Shown: positions 38,903 to 52,202 of the stretch, one piece after another
How the letters are laid out: every line of letters starts with the position of its first letter
How positions within the stretch are numbered: position 1 is the first letter of the stretch
Source of the DNA: Octopus sinensis
Lineage: Eukaryota
Assembly: GCF_006345805.1 (NCBI RefSeq)
Contig: NC_043013.1
Coordinates: 48,608,001-48,672,000 of the forward strand
Length of the DNA stretch: 64,000 nucleotides
Reading direction: 5' to 3'
Program-made: the position numbers and the translations under genes
Notes under the pieces: model-generated
What the model was told of the DNA's origin: nothing
What the model saw: the letters and a program-made list of their open reading frames with translations, nothing else
Databases searched by the model: none

Positions 38903-39082
38903 TAAATAGAGTTTAACGCAAGTATAAGTCAAATACTTTTACTTTCGACACATGTTTCGAAGATTCTCTACAGAAGAGAAGATTGCATTGTTTTATACCA
39001 TTCATTCTTTTGAATAATATCAGTGAAATCTTCGAAACGGAAGTAAAAGTATTTGATTTATACCTGCGTTAAACTCCATTTA
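38903..39082. mobile_element. Short palindromic element
   Basis: Inverted arms GAGTTTAACGCA(A/G)GTATAA(G/A)TCAAATACTTTTACTT(T/C)CG plus an inner GTTTCGAAGATT/AATCTTCGAAAC pair. Confidence 0.75.
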
Positions 39083-39096
39083 TATATATATATATA

Positions 39097-39352
39097 TCAT
39101 CATCATCGTTTAACGTCCGCTTTCCATGCTAGCATGGGTTGGACGATTTGACTGAGGGCTGGTGAACCAGATGACTGCATCAGGCTTCAATCTTGACCTG
39201 GCAGAGTTTCCACAGCTGGATGCCCTTCGTAAAGCCAACCACTCCGAGGGTGTAGTGGGTGCTTTTACGTGCTACTGGCACGGGGCCAGTCAGGCGGTAC
39301 CGGCAACGACCTCACTCGAATCTTTTACACATTCCACCGGCACAGGTGCCAT
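39097..39352 (-). mobile_element. LINE 3'-tail-like repeat (RTE-type)
   Basis: (CAT)n end followed by GTTTAACGTCCGCTTTCCATGCTAGCATGGGTTGGACG...GGATGCCCTTC; the family assignment is recall-based. Confidence 0.45.
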
Positions 39353-40554
39353 CTTGCTTTTGGATTCAGATTTAGGTTCTGAATTTTGGCCAGAATGTAT
39401 TCTACGTTAAACATACTATGCACATGTATTCATCACCCGGTAAACATCTATCATGGGGGATGGCCACTTCTTGTACTGTCAAAGAGAAATCATTTCTTTA
39501 GTATATTTGGCTCACGTAAGACTATATTCATGCATACAATGAAGAGAAGGAGACTGTGCAATAAAGAAAGTAGTTGTTGACAACTGTTTTTATTACTTTT
39601 GAATTGTTAAAAGTGACAATTATAAAACGTAGTTAACAAGGTTAAAGACATTGGTGCTTCTTGGAAGTGTATTTTTATTGGTTGTGACAGATTTCGAAAG
39701 AGAGAGGGAGAGACTGAAAAGTTTAGCTGGCATAAGAGGAGTCTCTCGAGCGCACATTATTTGATTCAAATAGAAGCTTGGCTTTGAACCATACGAGTGT
39801 TCACAATTGATTTCAATACTGCAGAGTTAAGAAGAAAAATTGAGAAAGAATATTGCTGTGTAGAAACAAATTAGAAGCAAAGCGAACAGTCAATAGGGGA
39901 TCTACAAGAATGATACTTATAGAAGTATATTGATTGAATTACAGGTGAGAGGATTCTGCAACGTTAGAAGAGATCCTCTTGGCAAGAGACCATCAAGGCA
40001 AACAGAAATTCGAGAGGCGAGATAGCTTTCAAGTCAAATAATTCACAAATGATTCTCCTGCTTTTCTAATGCTTGTCTTGCAGCTCTTGTAATGATAAAT
40101 AAACGAAACATTAAATGGTGTAGTGCATACCGTTAAACTAAAATGAGATTATTGATATTCTCCCTATACACATGGGAAAAGGTGGATTATCGAATAATTC
40201 AACTGCAGCAGATTACTAGTGTTTATTCTGGCGGGTCTTACAGGTAGTTCTCCATCTCTAATTCCCAAGGCAGCAGCAGTGAAAGTTTCAACATCGATGC
40301 ATGTTTTCGTGATCGCTTATTTTGGGGCAGTTCATTGTCCCTAGTTGAAGATACTTAATAACTGAAGGCATTCGATTTGATGAATGAACGTCCATCGCAA
40401 GAAGAAAACATTATGGATAAAAGTTCCTACTCGGTTTCAATATACATTCGGACACCTGGGATGATCTGTTTAGGGGCAAGGGAAAAAAAAACAAACGATA
40501 TTGCTGATGAGTGATAATGATTATCATATCAAATAATAAACAACTACGAAGAGA

Positions 40555-40585
40555 TGAGATGATGATGATGACGATGATAATGATA

Positions 40586-40656
<71 letters not shown>

Positions 40657-40770
40657 GATGGTGATGATGATGTTGATGATGATGATGATGATGGTGAGGA
40701 TGATAATGATGTTGATGATGATGATGATGATGACGATGATGATGATGATGATGATGAGAATGAGGAGGAT
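40555..40770. repeat. (GAT)n microsatellite
   Basis: Direct reading. Confidence 0.95.
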
Positions 40771-40929
40771 TTAAGTAGATCACACAGTCAGCATAAACTA
40801 AGAAATAAAGAACTGAGAACTAAGACAACCAGTCGGCATAAACTGTTCCACATAAAAACTAATGATTGATGAATCACTGGCATTCTCGGGATGAATGTAG
40901 ATTGTTGTAAATGTTGTGTAGTATATAAT

Positions 40930-40996
<67 letters not shown>

Positions 40997-41003
40997 ATAT
41001 ATA

Positions 41004-41989
41004 TTAAGTATGTAGAAAAATACAACATGGACAAGAACGTATAACTCTTAGAAGACGATACAATAAACACGGACAGGACATTCGAAACCCTCAGTCTTCA
41101 GTCAAGAACCGGATCATCGTAGTAATTTCGGCTGATTAATCTTGAGATTACTAGATACGGCCAGCCCTCCAAGAAAAACTAAGCAACGAGCATTAGAAAA
41201 ACTAAGCTGGGAGCGTAGATTTCCTGGAAGAAGGATCGAATGCATACGAACACCGGGACAGCAAAAAGGACGAATATAAAAGGCAAAAAACAATAATGGA
41301 ATACAGAAACATGAAATACAGAAGCATTAACGGTGAAAACAACAAGTGTCTTACGACTGATAACAAGCAAACAAATTTTCTCTGGCGCATTTTGGAAAGG
41401 AGCCTTATCGGCGATGCCTTGGCGGCGGACGAAAAACAACGATGTTAACACGTCGCTAGTCGGAAGCTGAGAGACAGATTTCGGCCAGCGGTCACGTGAC
41501 AGAGAAGAGAGAAAAGAAAAGAAAGAGAAGCAAAGGAAGGAAGAGAGAGAGAGAGGAGGGACAAACGCAACAAGGGGAGAAAAGAGAGAGAAAGAAGGAA
41601 TCAGAGAGGAGAAGGGATGGGTGTCGAAGATTGACCTGTGAGTGCAAAGCGAGACAAAGAAATGGAAGGGTAGGGGAAGAGTAGACCAAAGAATCAGAGG
41701 AAAGAGAAGAGAAAAAGAGGATGAGTAGAGAGAAAAGAGAGAGAAGGGGACAGATCAAGTAAAAGTGAGAGAGAGAGAGACAAACAGAGAGTCGTACCAA
41801 TTTTTAAGAATATGTGCTCACATTAATGTTAAGAGCGTACGTAGCGCCTGGAATATATATTAAGGTATGTAGAAAAATACAACATGGACAAGAACGTATA
41901 ACTCTTAGAAGACAATACAATAAACACGGACAGGACATTCGAAACCCTCAGTCTTCAGTCAAGAACCGGATCATCGTAGTAATTTCGGC

Positions 41990-41992
<3 letters not shown>
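41004..41992 (+). mobile_element. Element bounded by direct repeats of about 132 bp, likely PLE-derived
   Basis: Repeats 41004-41135 and 41860-41992 differ at about 2 positions; they translate to [20 protein letters not shown], resembling a GIY-YIG fragment. Confidence 0.55.
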
Positions 41993-42023
<31 letters not shown>

Positions 42024-42041
42024 TATATATATATACATATA

Positions 42042-42095
<54 letters not shown>

Positions 42096-42121
42096 ATATA
42101 TATATATATATTATATATATC

Positions 42122-42226
<105 letters not shown>

Positions 42227-42251
42227 AGTACTTGTATCTCGATTGTCCAGG

Positions 42252-42300
42252 CAGTACTGATAAGTGCCAACGCACGAAACTCTCGGCCCTTGAGTCATTC
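42252..42300 (+). ncRNA. Degenerate hammerhead-like motif
   Basis: CTGATAA (G8A), stem II GTGC-CAAC-GCAC, GAAA, stem III ACTC/GAGT, GUC triplet; stem I is poor. Confidence 0.35.
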
Positions 42301-42534
42301 TCTTGCTTTCGTTAAATATTGGTTTCAAAGTTTGGAAGCAGGCTAACAATTTTGGGAGAGAAGGTAAGTCGATTACATCGACCCCGAGGCTCGACTAGTA
42401 CTTATTTTATCGACCCCAAAAGGATGCAAGACAGTTAACCTCGGCGGAATTTGAACTCAGAACGTCGTGCGAACGATACTGCTCGTTCGTCGCCCTCATT
42501 TCTGCTAAATCTTAATAACAAAAATATACTTATA

Positions 42535-44275
42535 CACATGTGGCTGTGTGGTAAGTAGCTTGTTTACCAACCACATGCTTCCGGGTTCAGTCCCACTGTG
42601 TGGCACCTTGGGCAAGTGTCTTCTACTATAGCCTCGGGCCGACCTAAGCCTTGTGAGTGGATTTGGTAGACGGAAACTGAAAGAAGCCTGTCGTATATAT
42701 GTATATATATGTATATATATGTATGTGCGTTAATGTTTGTGTGTCTGTGTTTGTCCCCCTAGCATTGTTTGACAACCGATGCTGGTGTGTTTATGTCCCT
42801 GTCACTTAGCGGCTCGGCAAAAGAGGCCGATAGAATAAGTACTGGGCTTACAAAGAATAAGTCCCGGGGTCGAGTTGCTCGATTAAATGCGGTGCTCCAG
42901 CATGGCCGCAGTCAAATGACTGAAACAAGTAAAAGAGTAAAAAAGAGTAAAGAGTTATACTCATATTTTGAGTTGTATTTTTCCTGTTTGCATCATCAAA
43001 CCTATAAATACCAAAAAATTCTAATCATTGCTTCGAAGGACAGGAAAGTTCAGTGTGTCACAAGTAGAGCTTTGAACAATTAGAATTTAACGACTTATCC
43101 AGCTTGCGTTGACTTCGGTTGAGATAACTGAAATTAATAATTTCCAAATATGTATATTTAAGCCAGACATTTAACTTGCTGCTTGCTAAAGAATTATTTC
43201 CTTCCCTGAATAGAGACTAACACGCAATATTCAAGCGGCATAAACATAGGCGCAGGAGTGGCTGTGTGGTAAGTAGCTTGCTAACCAACCACATGGTTCC
43301 GGGTTCAGTCCCACTGCGTGGCATCTTGGGCAAATGTCTTCTGCTATAGCCTCGGGCCGACCAATGCCTTGTGAGTGGATTTGGTAGACGGAACCTGAAA
43401 GAAGCCCGTCGTATATATATGTATATATATATATGTGTGTGTGTACGTGTGTGTATATGTTTGTGTGTCTGTATTTGTCCCCCTAGCATTGCTTGACAAC
43501 CGATGCTGGTGTGTTTATGTCCCCGTTACTTAGCGGCTCGGCAAAAGAGACCGATAGAATAAGTACTGGGCTTACAAAGAATAAGTCCCGGGGTCGATTT
43601 GCTCGACTAAAGGCGGTGCTCCAGCATGGCCGCAGTCAAAATGACTGAAACAAGTAAAAGAGTAAAAGAGTAAAGAGTATATAACCACTTTGAATAATCA
43701 TGTACACTTTCTGGCAATGTAAAAGAATTTTATATGATTTTATAATTGAAAAGATTTATAATCATTAATTTCAAATTACAGGCGTAGGCGTGACTCAATG
43801 ATAAATTGCTGGCTTCCCAACCACATGGTTCCGGGTTCAGTCCTACTGCGTGGTACTTTGGGCAAGTGTTTTTTACTATAGCCTCGGGCCGACTAAAGCC
43901 TTGTGAGTGGATTTGGTAGACGGAAACTGAAAAGAAGCCCGTTGTGTGTGTGTGTGTTGTGTGTGTGTATGTATGTATGTATGTATGTATGTATGTATGT
44001 ATGTATGTATGTATGTGTGTGTGTGTGTGTGTTGTGTGTGTGTGTGTGTGTGTGTGTGTTCGTTCGTTCGTGTCTGTGTTTGTACCCCATCACTGCTTGA
44101 CAACTAGTCTTAGCGTGTTTACGTTCCTGTAACTTAGCGGTTCGGCAAAAGACACCGATAGAATAAATACTAGGCTTAACAAGAAATATGTATTGGTGTC
44201 GATTCTTTCGACTAAAAGTCCCCCAAGGTGGTACTACAGCATGGGCGCAGTCTAATGACTGAAACAAGTAAAAGA
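42535..44275 (+). mobile_element. Three co-oriented SINE family A copies
   Basis: Copies at 42535-42954, 43248-43678 and 43780-44275. Confidence 0.9.
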
Positions 44276-47143
44276 TATTTAAAACGGTTCAGTAGATTGC
44301 CGTTATTAACCCATTCTCTTTAATAAAACCAAGAACATCGCACACGATTTTGAGGACTGAATGATTTGTATTAGATTGTACCTGATTGGTTCGACGCACC
44401 CATAAAAAAGATTAGTTACATTAAATAGTTGCTTAGCGTTCACGTATTTAACGCAAGGAATTTTAAATGCGAATCAGAAATAAAACTGGGATGAGAAAAC
44501 ATAAATAAAAAAGTTGAAACATTATTTATATTTTTCCGATAACCGCAGACGTGTTTTGGTTTTCTTTGGTGTTTAAACCATAACCGTTATCATATTTACC
44601 CAAGTAGTGATGAATAAGGAAGTACTAAGCAAATATATAACCATATATTTGTTGGAATAGGAAAACAGAATTGTTTAAAGGTAAATTATTAATATATTCA
44701 ATGTAATGTGTTAGATAGAAAAGTTTAATTCATTTCATTTCCCAACGCTAGTAAATGTTCGACCTCAAAAGTAAATAGACACCATCATTTTTAAAGATGT
44801 ATTTCTCCTGTTATTGTTATATTTCTGGACGGTAATTTCTTTCCGTTTTGCTAAATAAATATACGCACTATATACTCGTTCTTCATTTCGGCTTTATTAT
44901 TGATCTGGTAATTATTTAGCTGTTACACTCTCAACTGGATTAAATCTCCAAAATGTTGAAATATCTTCCAACCAATAACACTCGGATGTTTTTCTGACAA
45001 TTTGCAGTAGGTAAATAAATTTTCCAATTCCAGACTCCAATGACAACTAGATTTAGAACGACTTCTGAAGTGAAGCCCTCCAAAGCTTCATGCAAACGAA
45101 TCTCAACAGCGTTGTCAGTGCTCTCTCAATTTATTCAGTCATTTCAAGAACCTCCAATTACTTCAACTATTTTCATCGATTGATTTGGAACAATCTCTAC
45201 AATCTTCATGGAAATTCCACACAGTTGCAAGATTGCATTTGCATGTATTCTCTAAAGCCAAACTCTTTCCTGTATTAAATCAAACTTCCTTCAGGCAACT
45301 TATTTTTCCACTACATCGTATCATTGTATTTTATCATATTTGAAAATTGTAATATTACAAAATCATAAACTTCACTTCATTCAACGAATTCAAATTTGGA
45401 CGAAATCCACATATGAACAAACGAACTTGATATGAATACGAACCCCATTTATCTCAGAAACAACAGTCTATTGTCTCAGCTGGTGCAACGAGAAAAGCTC
45501 TACTGATTGCCAAACAAGAAAATAAATCAATCACACAAGAAAATAAATCAATCAAAAACTGAACTATATTTAGTATTTGAGTTCATATATCTTTTAGAAT
45601 ATTGTATTCGACAAACAAGTTCAACAATGCCTCTAAGTTATTTATTGCACCATTATATTTGTGAGATCTATATCATATTTCACATGATCACGTTTCTTCT
45701 TTTACAATGTTTATCTCACTTATGTGTTTCCTTGTCTTTACTGAGTTTATTTTTTTTATATAGCATCGAGATAATCGATATTTTTATTCCATCTAGAAGA
45801 TATTTGTAACTATTTCACACGTTGCATTGTCAATGCATACTTTTTGAAGAATGATCCGCAGTAAGGTTCGCTAATAGGCGAGAGCGAGGCTGCCCAACAG
45901 ATCTTGGAACAATTTTTCTAATACATAAAATATATCATAGTATAAACACTTGTTAATACATAAGAGACGTTTTTTTTATAGGAATTGTCCAGTAAATCTT
46001 GCATTATGCTGCTTTTATTCTCATTATAACACACTTTAAGTTGCATTTAAAGGCTTTCGATATTATTTTCTTCATGTATGAATATTTTATTGTATCTGAT
46101 TATAAGATGCTTTATACATATTTTAGTTTTCACATTTTTTTCGATAGCCAAATGATGAAATATTTGTAAACCACCTTCGGGGATTTTAAGGATCTGTCTT
46201 CATTTTGTTTAGTAACATTCACTCTATATTGTCATTATCTTTCCGGATATTTTGTTTGTGGCCATTATCTTTCCGGATGTTTTGTTTTGAATATTTCAAT
46301 ATCTCTTTTGATTGTGGTTTCCGTGTAAACCATAGAAACATCTGGAGGAACTAAACAAGGTATTGTTTTTACGACAGCTTGTTTAGTGCTAGTTTTTCAA
46401 CTTGTTTTACGCCATCGCCAGCATTATACCTGACATTTTAGACTTATGAATTACATTTCCTTACTTAACTTTGGCCGGGATCCCAGCCAGTCCAATGAAT
46501 TACATACCAGCAAAATACTGGGGTCGATTTAATGACGACATCCTTTCTCCTAAAATTGCTCTTGCGTCAAAGAATATTTCTTGTACTCTTCTTAAGACAA
46601 TGCTTCTATTTTTTTTCATGCTTTAGTATAAAACTTTTAGGTTATTCCCTTGTCTCTGTGTATCCTTACAGCGATATATGACTTATTTCCTTCTGAAGGA
46701 CAATTATTAATTATTTATCAGAAATCTAATGTTTTTTCTCTTAAAAAATAATGTTGCATTCGTAAGAACTTCTAACTATTGTCAATGGAGATTTTAGCGG
46801 CAAAATAATTATAATGATGAAAGCCTTAAACAATTTTAGATTCTTAGTTAAAGTCATATTTAAAAAGAAGAAAATAAAGTCATATTAGTTCGCATTATTT
46901 CACGTTGTTGTCGTGTATCCGTAGGTAACCTCTGCTTGAAAGATCTCTGGTACGCAGGTAATTACGCGACCGACTCGGCATGACCCATGGACCCGTCATT
47001 CCATTGCATCATGTCTCTATCTTATTCAGTTCAGGTCAACTCTGAGCGAGACCTAAGATTAAAAGCAGTTCAGACATGAACATTCAGTTTCTTTTTCAGG
47101 CAGTGCGCACCGAGGCCCACGTCCAGTCTTTAAGAAGTATTAT

Positions 47144-47373
47144 GAGACTGGCAGAACCGTTAGCACGCCGGGCGAAATGCTTAGCGGTATTTCGTCTGCG
47201 TTACGTTGTGAGTTCAAATTCCGCCGAGGTCGACTTTGCCTTTCATCCTTTCGGGGTCGATAAATTTAGTACCAGTTACGCACTGGGGTCGATGTAATCG
47301 ACTTAATACCTATGTCTGTCCTTGTTTGTCCGCTCTGTGTTTAGCCCCTTGTGGGTAATAAAGAAATAGGTAT
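47144..47373 (+). mobile_element. SINE family C monomer
   Basis: Full-length match. Confidence 0.9.
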
Positions 47374-47977
47374 AAATGTTTCTAGTAGGTTGAATGACCG
47401 CATAAAGAATTTAATGTGAACTTCGTAGAGTCTGTTAGTGATTACATTGTAGCGAACAAGATAGGTTTGGACAGTTGGCATTGCAGCTATTTCTGCGTTA
47501 CTTTTTAATGTTTGTCTGGAATGAGTTGGAGACATAGTTGCTTTTTTTTATCTGTCCAACTGTAAAAGAATTATGGAAAAAGAATTACACGAAGTGCAAA
47601 CATAAAGCTATAAACAATAGCGTGTAAGTATTGAGTTGAAAAGATCTTTTGCATAGAAAAAAATCGACAATATATATTAGTCAGAAACACAGAAGACGTA
47701 TTCTCCAGTATATTATGTATATGTGAGATTAATTCAATGAGACATATGTATTAATTTATTGAGACATATGTATTTATAAAGACATAAAATATCAAATATT
47801 TTTCCTACTTTTCCCTTAATGTAATGTGACTTAACATCTGCATTTTAGCGTACCCTCAGATTTGATGAGTGGATCTGTGCTGCACGTGCATATTTACATA
47901 AACGTACATACATATATACATTCGCAGAACTGCTGAGATTACAAGTTCAGATTACAAGTTCAGGTTTATATCTGTAC

Positions 47978-48190
47978 TTATTGGGGCACTGGGGTATGTA
48001 ACACACTGCCTGAATACCAATCTTGAGAAATTCTCAAAACCAGAAAGGAGAAAGCTGATTTGAAGACTACAGATCCAATCCATCACTGAAACTGTAAAGG
48101 TCTGTAAAACTTTTCAGAACTTTATCATTTAAATATATATGAGCATGTCTAGATATGCAACTATATGCATGAGGATACATGCATAAAGCA
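47978..48190 (+). mobile_element. RLE-type LINE 3' end
   Basis: GALGYVTHCL.TNLEK...RLQIQSITETVKVCKTFQNF, homologous to the end of ORF 33405..33860. Confidence 0.75.
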
Positions 48191-48216
48191 AAACAAAATC
48201 TGTACATATACATACA

Positions 48217-48267
<51 letters not shown>

Positions 48268-48299
48268 CATCAGACACTACATTAGACACTACATTAGAC

Positions 48300-48545
48300 A
48301 TTAACTTAGGATTATACCACCCCTATGGGAAACCAGGTAAAGTTACGAACTACGTAAACAAATTATCAAATCACCCCACTAATGTGTTAAAATCAGTCGT
48401 TAAAAGTTTTTCTAGTAGAATTACGAAATTATCATCGAATAAGGACATTTTCAATACCAATTCCCACCACTACAACTTTGCTTTGTCAAAAGCAGGATAC
48501 GACAAAGAAATTATTTTTCTTAGTCTTGAAAGTACAGCACCTAAA
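48300..48545 (+). mobile_element. PLE RT C-terminal remnant
   Basis: YHPYGKPG...YVNKLSNHPTNVLKSVV...RITKLSSNKDIF...HYNFALSKAGY. Confidence 0.7.
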
Positions 48546-49069
48546 GTAATGAGATTTTAAATGATAGAGGGATTACAAAATTACTTGGTTGGGAAATCAT
48601 ACCAACTAGAAAAGCATCCAGCAACCATCAATTTAAATACAAAAAATAAGCAAGAACAGAAAAGTAGATGCTATAACAAATAGGAATTTTAGTTTAGATA
48701 ACAAGGAGGGTATGGAGATGGACAAGTTGCTCTACCCTATAAGCATAAGAAAAATACTGGTAATAGAGACATACCTAATTATCAAGCCACGATTTGAAAG
48801 ACGTTGAGAGAACAGGTAGATTCCGCCCTTACATGCGCCGTAAGTCTTAAAATAAGGAGTTGATCTGGTATAAGGTTCCCTTCAACTGTGCCATATCCAT
48901 AAACATATAATGGAAATTTATGACAATTTTAGAAAAAAAACTTTCCTGCTTCCCATAGATATAACAGAATTTTTTCCCGTAAGACAGTTAGAATCTCATT
49001 TTCTACCCTCCCTAATATGGGTACCGTCATAGCAAGGTTAAATAGAAACGCCGGGTCATAGTGCTAGTA

Positions 49070-49774
49070 CATGCATATACAGCTGCGTGCGTGCGCACAT
49101 ACACGCGAGTACTGTCCAAATCTCTGACCAATCACATACAGCTAGCTGGCATTCAATTGGCGTATTTTGATTCGGGCATTTTGATTGGGTTTTGGATAAA
49201 AAATTCACAAAAAAGTAACTTGTATTGATTTTTTAATGGCTTTGCGGGGTGACTGGGGAAATGTAAAGATGTGCACGGCCACCCTTGGACGGTTTTGAAT
49301 GACCATAGAAAGTGCGAGCCCTCTAACTAAAAAAATGTGGATTTGTATAAAGGACACACACACAAACAGACATTTTGCCGTTTATATGGTGGAAGCACTC
49401 CGTCGGTTACGACGACGAGGGTTCCGGTTGATCCGATCAACGGAACAGCCTGCTCGTGAAATTAACGTGTAAGTGGCTGAGCACTCCACAGACACGTGTA
49501 CCCTTAACTTAGTTCACAGAGAGTGACAAGGCCGGCCCTTTGAAATACAGGTACAACTGAAACAGGAAGTAAGAGTGAGAGAAAGTTGTGGTGAAAGAGT
49601 ACAGCAGGGATCACCACCATCCCTACCGGAGCCTCGTGGAGCTTTTAGGTGTTTTCGCTCAATAAACACTCACAACGCCCGGTCTGGGAATCGAAACCGC
49701 GATCCTACTACCGAGAGTCCGCTGCCTTAACTACTGGTCCATTGCACCTCCACTGCCGTTTATATATATAGAGA
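49070..49774 (-). mobile_element. Non-autonomous Helitron-like element carrying a nested SINE
   Basis: Minus-strand 5' end A|TCTCTATATATATAAACGGCAAAATGTCTGTTTGTGTG; the 3' terminus was not located. Confidence 0.5.
49388..49753 (-). mobile_element. SINE family B
   Basis: 12-bp TSD TGCCGTTTATAT at 49376-49387 and 49754-49765. Confidence 0.9.
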
Positions 49775-49789
49775 TGTTAATGTCAAGAC

Positions 49790-50520
49790 TAACTTAAACC
49801 CCTACAATGTGAATAATAATATTAATGCTGATGTAGAAAATAGAAGCAGCGGTACTAATGCTTCTAATATATACAATAAAGACTGTAGTTCTGAGGTCTA
49901 TACTAGCTCAGGGACTACTGATACGCCTGATGATGCTGCGATGAATATGAATGATACCACAATTGAAGGTTGGAGAGATAACACCGGATATGGAAATAAC
50001 ACATACAATAGTAGTAGTAGGAATAAGATTAATAGTAATATTAATAGTAATAATGGTATGAATATCAATAATATTAATAGTGGTAATTCTCCTAGTTGCA
50101 ATTGTAGGGTTAAATCCCACTGTCCGTTATTAGGACGATGTCTATCCAAAACGTAATCTATAAGTGTACTATCACAACTGTAGCTGGTAACTTTGTATAT
50201 ATATAGGATGTTCAATAAATATGAAAAACGTATTAATAACAATTTTTATCTTTTAGGCTCAAACATAAGGCCAATTGTACGTCCTATTTAGCATGATTTG
50301 GGAACTGAAGGAAAGCGGATGCGAATTTAACCTTAAATGGGATATTATGAGGAAAGCACAGCCTTATAGAGATAGTCGGTACGGGTCCGAGCTGTGCTCT
50401 ATGGAAGTTTATGAAATTTTTAAGTATAGGGACAAGAGAAACCTGTTTAATAATAGATTAGACCTAAGGGTATCATGCGAACATAGTGTCCCCCGTACAT
50501 TTAAATATTTTCAAAATTAG
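49790..50520 (+). mobile_element. PLE GIY-YIG endonuclease remnant
   Basis: CNCRVKSHCPLLGRCLS..VIYKC..YIG, then IWELKESG..LKWDIMRKAQPY..LCSME..LFNNRLDLRVSCEH; frameshifted. Confidence 0.8.
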
Positions 50521-51636
50521 CGTTTATAGGTGCTGCACTTGAACCTGGATAAGGGAAATTAATTTTAGTGTCGCATATGATGTGAACTTACCCCCCTAGT
50601 ATCATATATAATAAATTATATATATTTTCTTACTATTCTCTATAATTTCTTATTATGTAGTTTTCTTATTTTGATATCTTTACCTATTAACCTCTTATCA
50701 CTTACAAATATTACATACCCACAATAAAGAACTACGTGTGCACATAGGTAAATATGTGTATCTGTGCACAACTTATTTTTCCGATTTTGTTTTGTTCTGA
50801 TTCTTAGTTTATAATATAAAGATAGCATGGTTTATCGCCCCAGTATTCCATAAGTAAATACCCATAGTAATCTTTATAGAAATCACCTTATAAGTAAATA
50901 ATTAAGTACAGGTATGAATATTAAACTAATTCTATGTAATCTTCCCTTTCTAATGTTGAAAATTGGTATATATACAGTTTATCTATTCTGGTTATAATGT
51001 CATTTCTAGTAATCTTAAATTTTGCCCTCATACAACATAGCGATATTGTTTGTATACATTCATCCATTGTACCCCATGATAATTTACTTTGTATTAACAT
51101 CATAGGTTTTATTAGCGTCTTGCCCCTTTAACTGGTAATTAATATCATGATTTAGAGTCTTCCCCTACTCAACCTCCTTTATAGAAAATTACCTATACAT
51201 TTTCTAAAATCCTGACAATATTTATGACCATACCCAACTATAAACTGTCAGCTCACCCTGTCTATCCATTGTAAACAGACACGGTCCTCTAGTCATAGAT
51301 TTGGTAGTTGACAAAAAAAAAAAGACTAATAAATTAAAAGCAGATCACAATCATTTACAAGCTATGAACCTAACAAACTTCATACAGTTCTTAGAAGTGT
51401 AGTATATTCTGAGTCACATTAGTAGCAGTATGGACTTTCTCCGTTTTCTTGCTGTTTTAGAGAATTTGAGTAAAATCATATTAATGTGCCCAACTGATTA
51501 AACAATTCTATTTATTTATGCAACTAAGGATAACCCAGCATTTAAATTGATGTAATGATTGCATTGTTCAATTAAATGGAGTCACTTGAAACGGTCGTAC
51601 TGCATCATCTCTTGATATCCTGTTGCTTATTTTGAT

Positions 51637-51680
<44 letters not shown>

Positions 51681-51748
51681 CACACACATATATATATATG
51701 GGTTTGTTAAGCAGTGGCAATTTTTACAATTCTGTAAAAAATAATAAT

Positions 51749-52137
51749 GATAGTATTTTATATACTTAAAGAGCATAAGCGGTCACCACGCAATAACTAA
51801 AGAATATAGTCTAACAATGGGGCATATAAGCCCTCGACAGAAAAAGTAGATTTTCCTGTACGCGTGGGACTCGAGCCATCGCAGTGAAAGCACATGAAAG
51901 TTTGTTTACAAAAACAACTACGAACTAATTATAGTTCTTGAATCTGACAGAAAGAAGCAGGCTAGTGGTGTAACGGTAGCACACTTGGTCGCGTAAAAAA
52001 AGAGGCGTGAGTTCGAGTCCCACGCGTACGGGAAAGCCTACATTTTTCTGTCGAGGGCTTATATGTCCCATTATTAGACTATTTTCGTTAGTCATTGGTC
52101 GCTTATAAGCTTTAAGCTTCTAAAATACTATTATTAA

Positions 52138-52138
<1 letters not shown>
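51749..52138. repeat. Inverted repeat around a tRNA-like head
   Basis: Core arms at 51806-51874 and 52013-52082; box A TGGTGTAACGG (51966-51976) and box B GTTCGAGTC (52011-52019). Confidence 0.8.
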
Positions 52139-52184
<46 letters not shown>

Positions 52185-52202
52185 TTATCTATATGTATAT
52201 AT

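Noticed and set aside
44900-46420. Possible minus-strand PLE remnant
   Set aside because: Peptide resemblance was too weak to call by eye.
51560-51610. Hammerhead 3' half (GAAACGGTC)
   Set aside because: No upstream CUGANGA core.
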